Shown here in pieces: positions 29,156 through 39,981 of a stretch of DNA of 64,000 nt. A model generated the notes under the pieces. The model was not told the DNA's origin, made no database searches, and saw nothing but the letters and a program-made list of their open reading frames with translations. The stretch comes from Waterburya sp. GTDB taxonomy: Bacteria; Cyanobacteriota; Cyanobacteriia; Cyanobacteriales; Xenococcaceae. The DNA lies in the NCBI GenBank assembly GCA_965217895.1, contig CBDCJV010000002.1, positions 864,001 through 928,000 on the forward strand. The letters run 5' to 3'. Within the stretch, counting starts at the first letter, position 1, and each line of letters opens with the position of its first letter. The position numbers and the translations under genes are program-made.

Positions 29156-30763
29156 TTACCAATCATCTTCAAGTTGTGCTGCCATTTCCTCAACTACTTC
29201 TAATTTCTGCGCCTCTTCCATTTCTTCAAGATCTTCCTCGCCCCAGGCTTCAGATAGAGGTTGAACTACTTTAGAGATTGCATCTTGGACAAAGGACTTG
29301 ATAAATTCATCCCGCCGACTAAGTTGAAACTGCTGCTGCACAACTTCGGTTATGCCTCCATCACCCCAATCTAAATTACGTTTAAAATACTCAATAAAGC
29401 TTTTACCAGCAATGCGAGTTAAATAAGCCGCCGAGACTGCCTGAATAGCTTTGCCCACAATATAGGTAGCAACATTAAACTGTAGGGCTTTAGCTAGAAT
29501 ATCCACCGCACCTTTGACAACTCCCAAACTCACAAGGGTTTTGCCTAAAGACAAAGCCAATTCTTTACCCTGTTCGAGATCTAGCTCTACGTTATAGACT
29601 CTGCCAATTTCAATTACCATCTGCGCATTAACCGCAGCAGCAGCCAGCATATCGACCACGGGGACGGGGGTTACGGCAATAACTCCTGCACCAATCCATT
29701 GATAGCGGTCAATGATTTTATCTGATTCCCTACGCCTTTGATTTTCTATTATTTTGCGTGCTTCTTCTCCTAAACGATGGGACTGAAGCAAAATATTATC
29801 GGCAATTAAATCTTCTCCTTCTGCCCGCAATACTGCTACTAGCCTTTTGATTAAAGGTAGAATTTCCACGCTGGGTTCAATGATTTCGCCAGTGGGTAAC
29901 TGTACTGGTTGAGGGTTAGCACAGATAGCCGTAACGTCACTAGGAGGAATAAAAGGCTTTACTCTTTCTTTAAGTCTGCCTAAGATTATTTCGCGATCTT
30001 CATCGGTATAGAGATCGGTTTTATTAAATACTAAAAGCGATCGCTTGCCAATCTCTGCTAGTGTCTTTAGAGGCTCGTATTCTGACTGTCGCAAATCGTT
30101 ATCCACGGTAAATACCAGCAAATCTGCTTCTGTGGCTAACTGTCTGGCTAGTTCTCCTCTCTCTGTCCCTGCTATTCCCGCTTCTAAAATACCAGGAGTA
30201 TCGATAATTAAGATTTCTCTACCCACCCCTCGCAGCTTGAGGCTATAGGTTTCTCCTTTGGTAGTTGTCCCCATAATGGGGTTAACTTCGCCTACGATCT
30301 CGCCGATTAGAGCGTTTACCAAAGAGGTTTTACCTGCCGATCCTGTACCAAAAATGACTACCTTAACTTCTCCCCGCTGTAAATCTGCCTCAATCTGCTG
30401 AGATTTGTTTAATAGGGCTTTTTGAGCAATTTTGTCCTGTATTTTTCCTACGTGCTGTCTTAAAGCCTGAAGATTTTGGGCAGCTACCTGAGTTTTTTCT
30501 TCGGGTATTCTGGCTTTGATTACCCCGCGTTTGCTTTTCTTGCGCCTAGATCCCTTTCTAGTGTATTTATTAACGTAATAAATATATCCGCCCATCATCG
30601 AGCCAATCAAGACTATGACCAGCAGCAGCAGCAAGTTAGCTAGAATTGGTGCGGTAAATGAGATCTGCATATATAGGTGAGACAAAGATGTCACCAACCA
30701 GATCGATAGCCCCAAAATAAGACTAAGACCAAGAAATAAAGCTACTAGACGCAACAAAGGCAT
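29156..30763 (-). CDS. Membrane-anchored GTP-binding protein with DUF697/YcjF domain
   Basis: Two N-terminal TMs, GTGSAGKTS, DTPG, NKTD, PVPVVD. Confidence 0.85.
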   Translation of the reverse strand: MPLLRLVALFLGLSLILGLSIWLVTSLSHLYMQISFTAPILANLLLLLVIVLIGSMMGGYIYYVNKYTRKGSRRKKSKRGVIKARIPEEKTQVAAQNLQALRQHVGKIQDKIAQKALLNKSQQIEADLQRGEVKVVIFGTGSAGKTSLVNALIGEIVGEVNPIMGTTTKGETYSLKLRGVGREILIIDTPGILEAGIAGTERGELARQLATEADLLVFTVDNDLRQSEYEPLKTLAEIGKRSLLVFNKTDLYTDEDREIILGRLKERVKPFIPPSDVTAICANPQPVQLPTGEIIEPSVEILPLIKRLVAVLRAEGEDLIADNILLQSHRLGEEARKIIENQRRRESDKIIDRYQWIGAGVIAVTPVPVVDMLAAAAVNAQMVIEIGRVYNVELDLEQGKELALSLGKTLVSLGVVKGAVDILAKALQFNVATYIVGKAIQAVSAAYLTRIAGKSFIEYFKRNLDWGDGGITEVVQQQFQLSRRDEFIKSFVQDAISKVVQPLSEAWGEEDLEEMEEAQKLEVVEEMAAQLEDDW

Positions 30764-30893
30764 TTTACATTTATTAAAACTAAAACACAGGTATTTTACC
30801 TATGGTAACTACTTTAGATCTCTTGCACGAATTAGAAATGTCGGTTGAAGCAGCTTGAATTTATAAGCTAATATAAATTTTATTATTTACTTC

Positions 30894-31526
30894 ATGAAAA
30901 ATAGCGATCGCCGTATAGCCTATACTACTTATATCTTAATCGCTTTAAATATCTTAGTATATGGTCTAGAAATAAAATTTGGAGGCAGCGAAAATGTTAT
31001 CACTTTAGAACATCTAGGTGGATTAGTTCCTGAAAAAGTTCTGGCGGGTGAATGGTGGCGATTAATTGAGGCTAATTTTTTGCACTATAACTTAATTCAT
31101 TTAGCGACTAATATGTTGTCTCTATTCTTTTTAGGACGTTTAGTTGAATTAAGTCTCGGTTCTAAATATTATCTAACTATTTACTTTTTTAGCGGTGTCG
31201 GCTCAATGCTGACATTTTCTTTATTATCCTTCAGGTTGGGTTTTGACAATGTTCTTCTAGTTGGTGCTTCGGCTGCCATTATGGGCTTGATGGGCGCAAT
31301 TTTAGCAATTTCGCTTCATATCTGGTTACGTAAAAGATATTCTCCCTCTGCCAAACGTCGCGTATGGCAAGTACTGTTAATTGTTTTAGTCCAGTTTATT
31401 TTTGATAATTTAATACCTCAAGTGAGCTTCCATATTCATCTTTTTGGTTTTATCATTGGCTTTTCGATCGGTAGTATTTTGATTTTTTATAAATATAATT
31501 TTAAGCAAGCAAGAGGCAATAAGTAA
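30894..31526 (+). CDS. Rhomboid intramembrane serine protease
   Basis: WWRL, HLATNM, VGASAAIMG, HLFG. Confidence 0.9.
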   Translation: MKNSDRRIAYTTYILIALNILVYGLEIKFGGSENVITLEHLGGLVPEKVLAGEWWRLIEANFLHYNLIHLATNMLSLFFLGRLVELSLGSKYYLTIYFFSGVGSMLTFSLLSFRLGFDNVLLVGASAAIMGLMGAILAISLHIWLRKRYSPSAKRRVWQVLLIVLVQFIFDNLIPQVSFHIHLFGFIIGFSIGSILIFYKYNFKQARGNK

Positions 31527-31717
31527 CTGATTGTTACGCATTTATCGATCTGTGAAGACTGGGTAGTGGGGTGTTTGGGGTAATGAGGTATTTGTGGTGG
31601 TGAGGTGTTTGAGGTAATTACTCCTCATATCGACCCTACTCCTCTATCTCCATCACTCCTCTGTCTTCTTATACTCCTTACTCACTACTCCATGACCCCA
31701 TGCTGCGTAACGTCAGT
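31526..31717. mobile_element. MITE-like element with 5-bp AAGTA direct repeat
   Basis: Termini ACTGATTGTTACGCA / TGCGTAACGTCAGT; AAGTA on both sides; interior G-rich then C-rich short repeats; a similar end at about 49919. Confidence 0.6.
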
Positions 31718-31753
31718 AAGTAATTAAAGGGCGATCGCCCCTACTAAATAGTA

Positions 31754-33058
31754 CTAGCGATCGCGATGGGTAAAAGGTTTAGCATCTGCGCCTGTGTAGG
31801 TGGCTGCAATATGACCATCGCCAGTTACCTTGTATTTATAGGTTACTAAGCCTTCTAAGCCAACAGGACCACGAGGAGGCATTTGTTGGGTGCTGATGCC
31901 AACTTCTGCACCAAAGCCATAGCGAAAACCATCGGCAAAACGGGTTGAACAGTTATGATAGACTCCAGCAGCATCGACGCGATTTTGAAATATGACTGCG
32001 GTTTGATTATCTTCGGTGACGATCGCATCGGTATGTTTTGAGCCATATTTGTTGATATGAGCGATCGCTGTTTCTACTGAATCAACTATCTTAATCGCTA
32101 AAATTAAATCGCTATATTCTGTTTTCCAGTCGTGTTCATCAGCAAGTTTGACCTCAATTATCTTGCTAGCTGCTTCATCTCCCCTTAGCTGCACGCCTTC
32201 TGCTTGTAAAGCTTTAGCTATTTGGGGCAAAAACTCTGCTACAATATCTTGATGAACTAATAATGTCTCGATCGCATTACAGGCTGCGGGATAATGAGTT
32301 TTTGCATCGACGGTAATTTTGATGGCTTTATTAATTTCTGCTGCTTTGTCTAAATACAGATGACAGATACCGTCAGCATGACCCAATACAGGAATACGAG
32401 TATGATCCTGAACGTATTGCACAAAGGAGTTAGAGCCTCTGGGAATAATCAGATCTACATATCGATCTAGCTTTAAAAGCTCTTTAATTTCTTCTCTGGT
32501 GGTTAATAACTGTACTGCTGCTGGATCTACTGCCGTAGATTTCAAAGCCTGTTGAATAACTTTTTTTAATATCCGACAAGAATTAATTGCTTCAGTGCCA
32601 CCTTTTAAAATTACCCCGTTACCAGACTTAATCGCCAAACTGGTAATTTGAATCAAGGCTTCAGGACGCGCCTCAAAAATAATTCCTAGCACTCCTAAAG
32701 GACAGGTAACTCGTTTTAAAATCAATCCCTCGTCCAATTGGCGATGAATTTGATTTACGCCAATGGGATCTTCTAGTTTAGCTACATCCCGCACGCCAGC
32801 GATCGCTGCTTGCAGTTTAGATTCTCCCAACTTAAGTCTGGCATACAGTGCGGGCGCAATATTATCCGCTTTTGCTGCCTGTAGATCTTTTTCATTACCA
32901 GCTAAAATTTCTGAGTGGGCTGCTTCTAAAGCCTGTGCCACGGCTTCTAAGGCAGAATTCCTGGCTTCTGTAGATAATACAGCTAGTTTTCCTGCTGCTG
33001 TGCGAGTTTGTTGAGCAATTTCAATTAAAGAAGGTGATGCTATCTCAAAGGCAACCAT
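31754..33058 (-). CDS. proA: Gamma-glutamyl phosphate reductase
   Basis: [59 protein letters not shown]. Confidence 0.96.
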   Translation of the reverse strand: MVAFEIASPSLIEIAQQTRTAAGKLAVLSTEARNSALEAVAQALEAAHSEILAGNEKDLQAAKADNIAPALYARLKLGESKLQAAIAGVRDVAKLEDPIGVNQIHRQLDEGLILKRVTCPLGVLGIIFEARPEALIQITSLAIKSGNGVILKGGTEAINSCRILKKVIQQALKSTAVDPAAVQLLTTREEIKELLKLDRYVDLIIPRGSNSFVQYVQDHTRIPVLGHADGICHLYLDKAAEINKAIKITVDAKTHYPAACNAIETLLVHQDIVAEFLPQIAKALQAEGVQLRGDEAASKIIEVKLADEHDWKTEYSDLILAIKIVDSVETAIAHINKYGSKHTDAIVTEDNQTAVIFQNRVDAAGVYHNCSTRFADGFRYGFGAEVGISTQQMPPRGPVGLEGLVTYKYKVTGDGHIAATYTGADAKPFTHRDR

Positions 33059-33165
33059 ACTTGTTACTGAATATTCTGGAGTATCAACAATTTTAACGGA
33101 TTGAGTTAACAGCTAACATAAAGCTTACTGACTCTTCATAACTTCCTCAAATTTGCCAACTATAG

Positions 33166-33918
33166 TTGAAATTAATATTGAGATTGGTAAGAACAATGAA
33201 AACAGTTTTTTCTAATAGACGAGAAGCAGGAAAAAGATTAGCTACAGAACTTGCTGCTTATGCTAATCATCCTCAAGCAATAGTATTGGGACTACCTCGT
33301 GGTGGCGTACCTGTAGCGTATGAAGTTGCCAAAACTCTAAATCTTCCCTTAGATGTTTGTTTGGTCAAAAAATTAGGTTTGCCTGACCGTCCAGAAACAG
33401 CGATGGGTGCAGTTGCCGAAGATGCACTGTTACCTAACTACTGTGGCAACATTACTGTTATCGATCGAGACACGGGTGAAATTCACGGAATTGATTCCCA
33501 ACAAATTCAAGCGATCGCTGCTCAAGCAAAAGTTGAATTAAGATGGCGCGATCGCTGTTATCGAAGCTTCCGTCCGATGCTAAAAATCTCGCAGCGTATT
33601 GTTATCGTTGTTGATGATGGTATTGCTACGGGTCAAACTATGCAGGCTGCGGTGACTGTTTTGCGTCAACATCAACCAGAAAAGATTATCATTGCTACTC
33701 CCGTTGCTGCTTTGCCAGCTATAGAAAAATTAGCAACTCAAGTAGACGATTTTGTTTGCTCAATTAAACCAAAATCTTTAGGTGCAGTGGGCTTTTGGTA
33801 CGAAGATTTTACTCAAACAACAGACCGAGAAGTAGGCAATTTACTTTCTCAAGTGACTTACAAAACCGCCCAAGGCGGTGAACGAGTGACTGTTGACCAA
33901 AATTGTTTATTAGTATAA
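33166..33918 (+). CDS. Phosphoribosyltransferase family protein
   Basis: LGLPRGGVPVA, VVDDGIATG, GAVGFWYEDF; start likely MKTVF. Confidence 0.88.
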   Translation: MKLILRLVRTMKTVFSNRREAGKRLATELAAYANHPQAIVLGLPRGGVPVAYEVAKTLNLPLDVCLVKKLGLPDRPETAMGAVAEDALLPNYCGNITVIDRDTGEIHGIDSQQIQAIAAQAKVELRWRDRCYRSFRPMLKISQRIVIVVDDGIATGQTMQAAVTVLRQHQPEKIIIATPVAALPAIEKLATQVDDFVCSIKPKSLGAVGFWYEDFTQTTDREVGNLLSQVTYKTAQGGERVTVDQNCLLV

Positions 33919-33949
33919 ATAGTCTGGCAACAACCTTGTTGTTTACTTT

Positions 33950-34651
33950 TTACTGTTTATCTAGCCATTCTGTAAATAGACGCTCGATAACTTGATGACG
34001 TATTTCATTAAATTCTGGTTGGATAATTTCCTCAACAAAAATTAAATGAGCTTGTTTATCGACACGAATTGGTTTTAATACTTGAGGAGGTTTGGCTGCA
34101 AAAACAGCAGCAGAAATTTCTGGTTTTAAGTCGCTACGATTTAACAATCCTCGATAGCCTCCTCGACGGCGTAGTTCTATATCTGCAATATATTGATGTG
34201 CAATCTCCCAGAAGCTAAATTCCCGTTCTTGAACACCATAAAAAAGCTCTAAAGCTAAATCAAATTGAGGTAAAACTATTTCATAAATTACAGCTTTTGT
34301 ATAATCTAGCTGATGCTCATAAAAATAAGCCTCCGCTTTGTCTGCAAACAGGAAATTAGCTAATTTAGTCTTCAAGGCTCTAGTGTTGATTAAATATTCA
34401 AAATCTTCGGTAGTTAGACTATATTTTTTTAACCAGTTAAAAGTTGCTTCTGCACTAATCAAATTGTTTTGTAAACGAAAACTATCCGCGGCTTGCTGTG
34501 ACTCTTCCTCACTGAGAATTACTTGTTGGACTTGAGCGGTATTGTTAATAATTTTGTGAATACGAATATCTTTTAAGATCTTTGGTAGTTGACAAGAAAT
34601 TTTCAATTGCTGAATAATTTCTGGCTCGGAAATTGAAATCTTTTCTGACAT
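33950..34651 (-). CDS. PpiC/parvulin-related peptide maturation or foldase protein
   Basis: QQAADSFRLQNNL, FWEIAHQY...RRRGGYRG...LKPEISAAVF, typical of cyanobacterial type I secretion clusters. Confidence 0.8.
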   Translation of the reverse strand: MSEKISISEPEIIQQLKISCQLPKILKDIRIHKIINNTAQVQQVILSEEESQQAADSFRLQNNLISAEATFNWLKKYSLTTEDFEYLINTRALKTKLANFLFADKAEAYFYEHQLDYTKAVIYEIVLPQFDLALELFYGVQEREFSFWEIAHQYIADIELRRRGGYRGLLNRSDLKPEISAAVFAAKPPQVLKPIRVDKQAHLIFVEEIIQPEFNEIRHQVIERLFTEWLDKQ

Positions 34652-34699
34652 TTATTGAAATTATTTTTATTTACTGATAAGCGATCGCTCTTAGCTTTT

Positions 34700-34857
34700 G
34701 GCGTTGCATAATTAAGATACGAATTGGAGTAAAAAATAATGCACTATCCCGCCTGTGCGATCGCATCAATTATTTCTAATTACAGTACTCATCGAGTAGA
34801 AGAATCATTTGATATGTTCCTATTCTTGATTGATTTGTGTCTTGATTCGGCAACACC
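34700..34857. mobile_element. MITE-like element between the PPIase and HlyD genes
   Basis: Imperfect terminal inverted repeats GGCGTTGCATAATTAAGATAC / GTCTTGATTCGGCAACACC; related half-sites near 36980, 46741 and 52071. Confidence 0.5.
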
Positions 34858-34863
34858 TAACTT

Positions 34864-36891
34864 TTAAAGCTGTATTCCGCCTTTTTGTAGGCTTTTGAAG
34901 GGAGCAAGAAAAATATCGGCTAGACGACGCTGGCGAATAATAATTTCTGCTGTAGCAGTTTGTCCTGGGGTTAAGATAATATGGCGATCGCCATACTGGA
35001 TATAATTTTGGGCTAGCTGTATTTCTAGTTCGTAAAAATCTCCTTGTTCTTTATTGTCTGCGCCAGAAGCTGAAGATGGCGAGGTGGGAGTAACTCTAGA
35101 ATCAGGAGACACCCAGGTTAAAACTCCAGCAACTATGCCATAGTCTTGAAATGGGTAGGCATCGAACTTGATTTTTACTGGTAATCCAACTTTTAAAAAA
35201 CCACTTTCGCTGCTGTTCATTTTTGCCCGCAAAATTAAAGGAGAATTATATGGTGCAATCTGAGCTATGTTTTGTCCTGGCTGGACGACGGCACCAGGTT
35301 TTTGAATTGGTAATTGAAATACTGTTCCTTTAACTGGGGCATATAACACTCGTTGTTTTAACTGATAGTTTAGTCCTGAAATTATACTGCTAATTTGGGC
35401 GATTTCTCCTTTTGCAGTCTCAATTTGGGCATCGGTATTTTCAAATTCCTCTTTTGCTTTAAGTAAGCTCAAGTTATTACCCTTAACTAGAGAGTTATAA
35501 CCCCTTTGTTGTTCCTGCAAGCGTAATTCTGCTTGGTCTATTTCCGTAGAGGTCTGACGGACTAATTTCTCATAACCATTTTGTTGTTCTTGGTAGCTAG
35601 ATTTGGCTTGAGCAATTTCGGCTGCGGTGCGATTGAGGCTTTCTTTTGCTTCTTTGAATTCCCTGACCATATCCAATAAACGATCCTTAGCAATTACTCC
35701 CTGGCTGAAAGCATCCTGGTAACGAATAACTTTTTCTTGTGTCGCTTCTGTCTGAATTTGTGCCGTATTTTGCTCAGATTTACGGGCAGCGATCGCTTCT
35801 TTTGCTTGTTTTACTAAAGCAGCTTTTTCAGCCATTTGCGAGCTATAGCTAGATTTTGCTCCCAAAAAAGTCTGTTGTGCCTGATCGATCAAAGCCTGCT
35901 TTTCAAACTGTTGAGCTTGGCTTTGCTGTTCTTGCGCCCGTAATGATAGTAGCTGTTGGTCTTTTAGAGATTCCAGGCGATCGAGTTGATTTTGTTGGGC
36001 GGTCAATTTTTGCTGCTGTTGTTGTAATTCTGACTCAACAAGCTCAGATTCAAGCTTAAGTAAACTTTGTCCTGCTTTTACCTGCTCTCCTTCTTTGACC
36101 TCAATCGACATTACCGTACCGCTAACGGGAGAATCAAGATTAACAACTTTGCCCTTTGGCTCTAATTTACCCCTAGCAGAACCAACTTCATCAACTTTGG
36201 CGAATAATGCCCAGGGAACTGCTACTGCAACCAAAATCAAAGTTACATACAATAATCCTCTCAAAGAGACTCTTGGTAAAGTTTCGACCGCCTCTCGCGT
36301 CGAATCTGCCCATTCATTTTCTGCTAGAAGCTCTTGTGGTTTTTCTGGCTCGGTAATTATTTCTACTTCAGGAATTAATACTTTTTCCAATAGCCCAGGA
36401 CTGAATTGAGTATATCCTTTGTGTATAGAGCAGATAGCATCGGTTAATTCTTCTACTGGACTACCTTTTAACAAATAGCCTTTTGCTCCAGCATACAGAG
36501 CCTTTTGCAGGCGATCGCTGTCTTTGTGAGAACTAAGAACCAAAACCTTAGTATTAGGAAATCGCTGAGAAATAATATCTGTAGCTTTCACCCCATCCAT
36601 TTCTGGCATTTCTATGTCGATTAGAACCACATCTGGCTGCAATAATTCGACCTGTTCAACTGCCTGTTGCCCATTCTCCGCAGTGCCGACAATCTTTAAA
36701 TTAGTTACAGATTCAAGAGATTTGCTAATAAATTTACGGACAAAACTTTGATCGTCTACTAATAAAAGACGAATTTGAGGTTGGCTTACTTCATTAATAA
36801 TTTTATAGTTTTCTATCTTTTTCATATCTAAAGCAATTGTTGATTTTTGTTGGTTAATTACTACATTGCTAAATCGGGGTATGATTCTCAA
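34864..36891 (-). CDS. HlyD-family membrane fusion protein with N-terminal response-regulator receiver domain
   Basis: LLVDDQ, DVVLIDIEMPEMDG, GAKGYLLK; then TM, ARGKLEPKG, long coiled coil, KFDAYPFQDYG, LTPGQTATAEI. Confidence 0.9.
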   Translation of the reverse strand: MRIIPRFSNVVINQQKSTIALDMKKIENYKIINEVSQPQIRLLLVDDQSFVRKFISKSLESVTNLKIVGTAENGQQAVEQVELLQPDVVLIDIEMPEMDGVKATDIISQRFPNTKVLVLSSHKDSDRLQKALYAGAKGYLLKGSPVEELTDAICSIHKGYTQFSPGLLEKVLIPEVEIITEPEKPQELLAENEWADSTREAVETLPRVSLRGLLYVTLILVAVAVPWALFAKVDEVGSARGKLEPKGKVVNLDSPVSGTVMSIEVKEGEQVKAGQSLLKLESELVESELQQQQQKLTAQQNQLDRLESLKDQQLLSLRAQEQQSQAQQFEKQALIDQAQQTFLGAKSSYSSQMAEKAALVKQAKEAIAARKSEQNTAQIQTEATQEKVIRYQDAFSQGVIAKDRLLDMVREFKEAKESLNRTAAEIAQAKSSYQEQQNGYEKLVRQTSTEIDQAELRLQEQQRGYNSLVKGNNLSLLKAKEEFENTDAQIETAKGEIAQISSIISGLNYQLKQRVLYAPVKGTVFQLPIQKPGAVVQPGQNIAQIAPYNSPLILRAKMNSSESGFLKVGLPVKIKFDAYPFQDYGIVAGVLTWVSPDSRVTPTSPSSASGADNKEQGDFYELEIQLAQNYIQYGDRHIILTPGQTATAEIIIRQRRLADIFLAPFKSLQKGGIQL

Positions 36892-36990
36892 TTTGTCGTA
36901 TTTTGAACGAGAATTTAAAAAGCTAAGAGCTGATAGCTAAGAGCTAAGAACAGTATTACTCTCAGTTCCATACTTCAAATCAGCAACGCC

Positions 36991-39981
36991 TTAATTGCTA
37001 ATGGCTAACTGTTGTTGATTGAGATGATAATACTGACCCTTACTGCTCATTAATTGCCGATGAGTACCGCTTTCTACCAGTAACCCCCGTTCCATCACTA
37101 AGATTAAATCCGCATTACGAACCGTAGATAAGCGATGGGCAATGATAAAGGTAGTTTGATTTTTGAGAATAGTTTCTAAATTGTTTTGGATAATGCGCTC
37201 TGATTCGGCATCCAAATTGCTAGTAGCCTCATCAAGAATCAATAAACGAGGCTTACCCAATAAAGCACGAGCGATCGCCAGTCTTTGCCTTTGTCCCCCC
37301 GACAGCAATCCACCCCCTTCACCAATCTGAGTATTATATTTTAGAGGCATTTCGTTAATAAATTCTGCTGCCCCAGCCAGTCTACAGGCTTCATCAATCG
37401 CAGCTTTACTTGCTTGAGGATGCCCAATAGTTAGGTTTTCGAGAATTGTTCCGCCAAACAGAAAAGTATCTTGATCGACTACTCCAGCTTGTTCCCGTAA
37501 TGAATGGAGAGAAAGGTTGTTGATGTCGTAGCCATCGATTAAAATTTTACCTTTAGTGGTACTGTACAGTCCTAAAAGTAGTTTAGAGATCGTGGTTTTT
37601 CCCGAACCACTACGACCAACTAAGGCAACGGTTTGTCCTGGTTTGACGACAAAACTAAGATTTTCTAAGGTGTTGATCTCACTTTCTAAGTTGTAGCGGA
37701 AGGTAACATCTTCAAAACAGATATGTCCTTTAATTGGTGGCAACGTAGCTAAATTAAACCTAGACAAATCCTCTTCTGTCTGGGAATTAATCACATCATC
37801 AGTACGCTCGATCGCAATTCTAATTTCTTGAAAATCATTCCAGAGGGCAATTAAGCGTTTGAAAGGACTAATTACATTTGCTACCAACATATTGAAGGCG
37901 ATCAGTTGTCCAATAGTTAATTGATTCTGAATCACCTGCCATACCCCAAATAGCAGCAAGAAGCTAGAAACCAGGGTTTCCATAACTGAGGTAGCAACCT
38001 GGATTCTTTCTCGAATCATTTTGCCCTTAAAATTGATCCGCACAGCTTCATTAATTAAATCTTCCCAACGCCACCTTACTGTCCTTTCGACTCCCATAGA
38101 TTTGATAGTGCCGACTCCCGTTAAAGCTTCAATTAAGTAACTTCGTTCAGTAGTATCAGCATTAAATATTTCGCGAGAAATTCGCACTAAAAAAGGAGTA
38201 GAAATAAAAGTAGTAACTCCAAAGATGGGAATAATGATTAAAGCCAATAAAGACATTTGCCAGCTATACCAAAACATTAAACCTAGATAAATAAAAATAC
38301 TGAGAATATCTAGAACTGTGGTGATGGCATCTCCAGTAATAAAGCTCCTAATCTTACGATTCTCGCTAATTCTGGAGGTAATATCCCCTACATAGCGAGT
38401 TTCAAAATAGCTAAGCGGTAATTGTAGAGCGTGGCTAATAAAGCCGATAATTAAGGATAAATCAAGCTTGTTGGCAGTATGATAGAGCAGATAACGTCGC
38501 AGGCTAGAAAGGGCAATGTCAAACAAGCGGAAGATAATTAAACCTATACCTACTGCTACTAGGGTTGATACGCTGCGCTGTACTACTACCCGATCTAACA
38601 GTACCTGGGTGAAGATCGGTGAGAACAAACCGACAATTTGAATCATTAGAGAAGTAACAAAAACTTCCAACAATACAAACCAATAAGGTTTTAGCAATGC
38701 CGTATATTTCCAGAGATCTTGTTTGGCTTCCCCTGCTTGTTTAAATTTCGCTGTCGGTGTCAGCAAAACAATATATCCAGTCCAGCCAGCAACAAATTCT
38801 TGACGGGTTAAAATCTTTCTGCCAATAGCAGGATCGCAGATAATTACTTGGCTTTTTGTGACCTGATAAACAACAATATAATGGTTTCCCTGCCAGTGAG
38901 CGATCGCAGGTAGTTCTTGACGCGCTAAGGCTGGTAAGTCAGCTTTACGAGGACGCACCGTAAAACCCAGAAATTCTGCTGCCCTAATCAAGCCTTTAAT
39001 GGATGTACCAGCCCGATCTACATTGGCAATATGACGTAACTGATTGACGCTAAAAGTTTTGCCCCAATATTTGCCCACCATTACCAAACAAGCGACTCCG
39101 CAGTCAGATGCACTGTGTTGCTTGTGAAAAGGATAGCGTCTTAACCGCTGTTGCCACCACTGAGTAATTCTGGTTCTGGGAGTAGGAAAATAAAATTGGT
39201 TATCCTCAACTTCAGAATCTTTTTTGGTTGTCTCAGAGGGTAAAACCTGCTCTAATTTTGCTAGAGAAATTCGATTCTGACTAGGGACTGGCTGGATAGA
39301 GGTTAGCTGGGTTCTATTTCTGTCTAGGCTATAAAGTTCTGTTGGTTCACTGACTAACCACTCGCCATTTTGAGGTAATTTATCAACTTCGTAAAGATTA
39401 CTAGGAGTGATTTTTGTGCCTGATGAATGGATAATTTCTCCTTGACGCAAAAGCCAAAGTTCTTGTTCTAATAGAGACTTTGGTAAACTACCCTGCTGTA
39501 GCTCATGTTGTTCTAAAAGCCGCAGCAAAGGCAAAATATCTTTTTTAGATTCAGCTTTACCTTGCTGATAGCGTAAAAGTAAATCTAGCTTCATTCCCTG
39601 AAGATAGAAAATAGATTCTAGCTGTTGATTTTCTGCCACTAAAGATTCCCAGCTAGAGCGATCGAGATAGCCTAACTTTAAACCTAATGAGGCACGTACT
39701 GCATAGGGTTTTAGACTGCCAAGCGGAAACAAGGTTATTTGCCCAAACCAACCTTCAGACAAAGAAATAATTAAATTGTCATCATGATCTAGTAACCTCG
39801 CTTTGCCTTCAATAATTAAATAGACTCCAGCCTCGGAAGTTTGAAAATTCCAGAATAGTTCTCCTGGTTTTGGTTCAATGATTTGTAATTTTCGCAGGCA
39901 GCTTTCTAGCTGTGCAGAGTCAAAAATATTATTTAAAGAAGAATTTAAATTTTGTTTTAAATTTTGTTTTGAAAGCACCAT
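36991..39981 (-). CDS. C39 peptidase-containing ABC exporter (PCAT) with degenerate N-terminal cNMP-binding-like region
   Basis: QHSASDCGVAC (catalytic Cys), HWQGNHYIVV, CDPA; TM domain; GRSGSGKTT, LSGGQRQR, ILDEATS, IAHRLST. Confidence 0.93.
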   Translation of the reverse strand: MVLSKQNLKQNLNSSLNNIFDSAQLESCLRKLQIIEPKPGELFWNFQTSEAGVYLIIEGKARLLDHDDNLIISLSEGWFGQITLFPLGSLKPYAVRASLGLKLGYLDRSSWESLVAENQQLESIFYLQGMKLDLLLRYQQGKAESKKDILPLLRLLEQHELQQGSLPKSLLEQELWLLRQGEIIHSSGTKITPSNLYEVDKLPQNGEWLVSEPTELYSLDRNRTQLTSIQPVPSQNRISLAKLEQVLPSETTKKDSEVEDNQFYFPTPRTRITQWWQQRLRRYPFHKQHSASDCGVACLVMVGKYWGKTFSVNQLRHIANVDRAGTSIKGLIRAAEFLGFTVRPRKADLPALARQELPAIAHWQGNHYIVVYQVTKSQVIICDPAIGRKILTRQEFVAGWTGYIVLLTPTAKFKQAGEAKQDLWKYTALLKPYWFVLLEVFVTSLMIQIVGLFSPIFTQVLLDRVVVQRSVSTLVAVGIGLIIFRLFDIALSSLRRYLLYHTANKLDLSLIIGFISHALQLPLSYFETRYVGDITSRISENRKIRSFITGDAITTVLDILSIFIYLGLMFWYSWQMSLLALIIIPIFGVTTFISTPFLVRISREIFNADTTERSYLIEALTGVGTIKSMGVERTVRWRWEDLINEAVRINFKGKMIRERIQVATSVMETLVSSFLLLFGVWQVIQNQLTIGQLIAFNMLVANVISPFKRLIALWNDFQEIRIAIERTDDVINSQTEEDLSRFNLATLPPIKGHICFEDVTFRYNLESEINTLENLSFVVKPGQTVALVGRSGSGKTTISKLLLGLYSTTKGKILIDGYDINNLSLHSLREQAGVVDQDTFLFGGTILENLTIGHPQASKAAIDEACRLAGAAEFINEMPLKYNTQIGEGGGLLSGGQRQRLAIARALLGKPRLLILDEATSNLDAESERIIQNNLETILKNQTTFIIAHRLSTVRNADLILVMERGLLVESGTHRQLMSSKGQYYHLNQQQLAISN

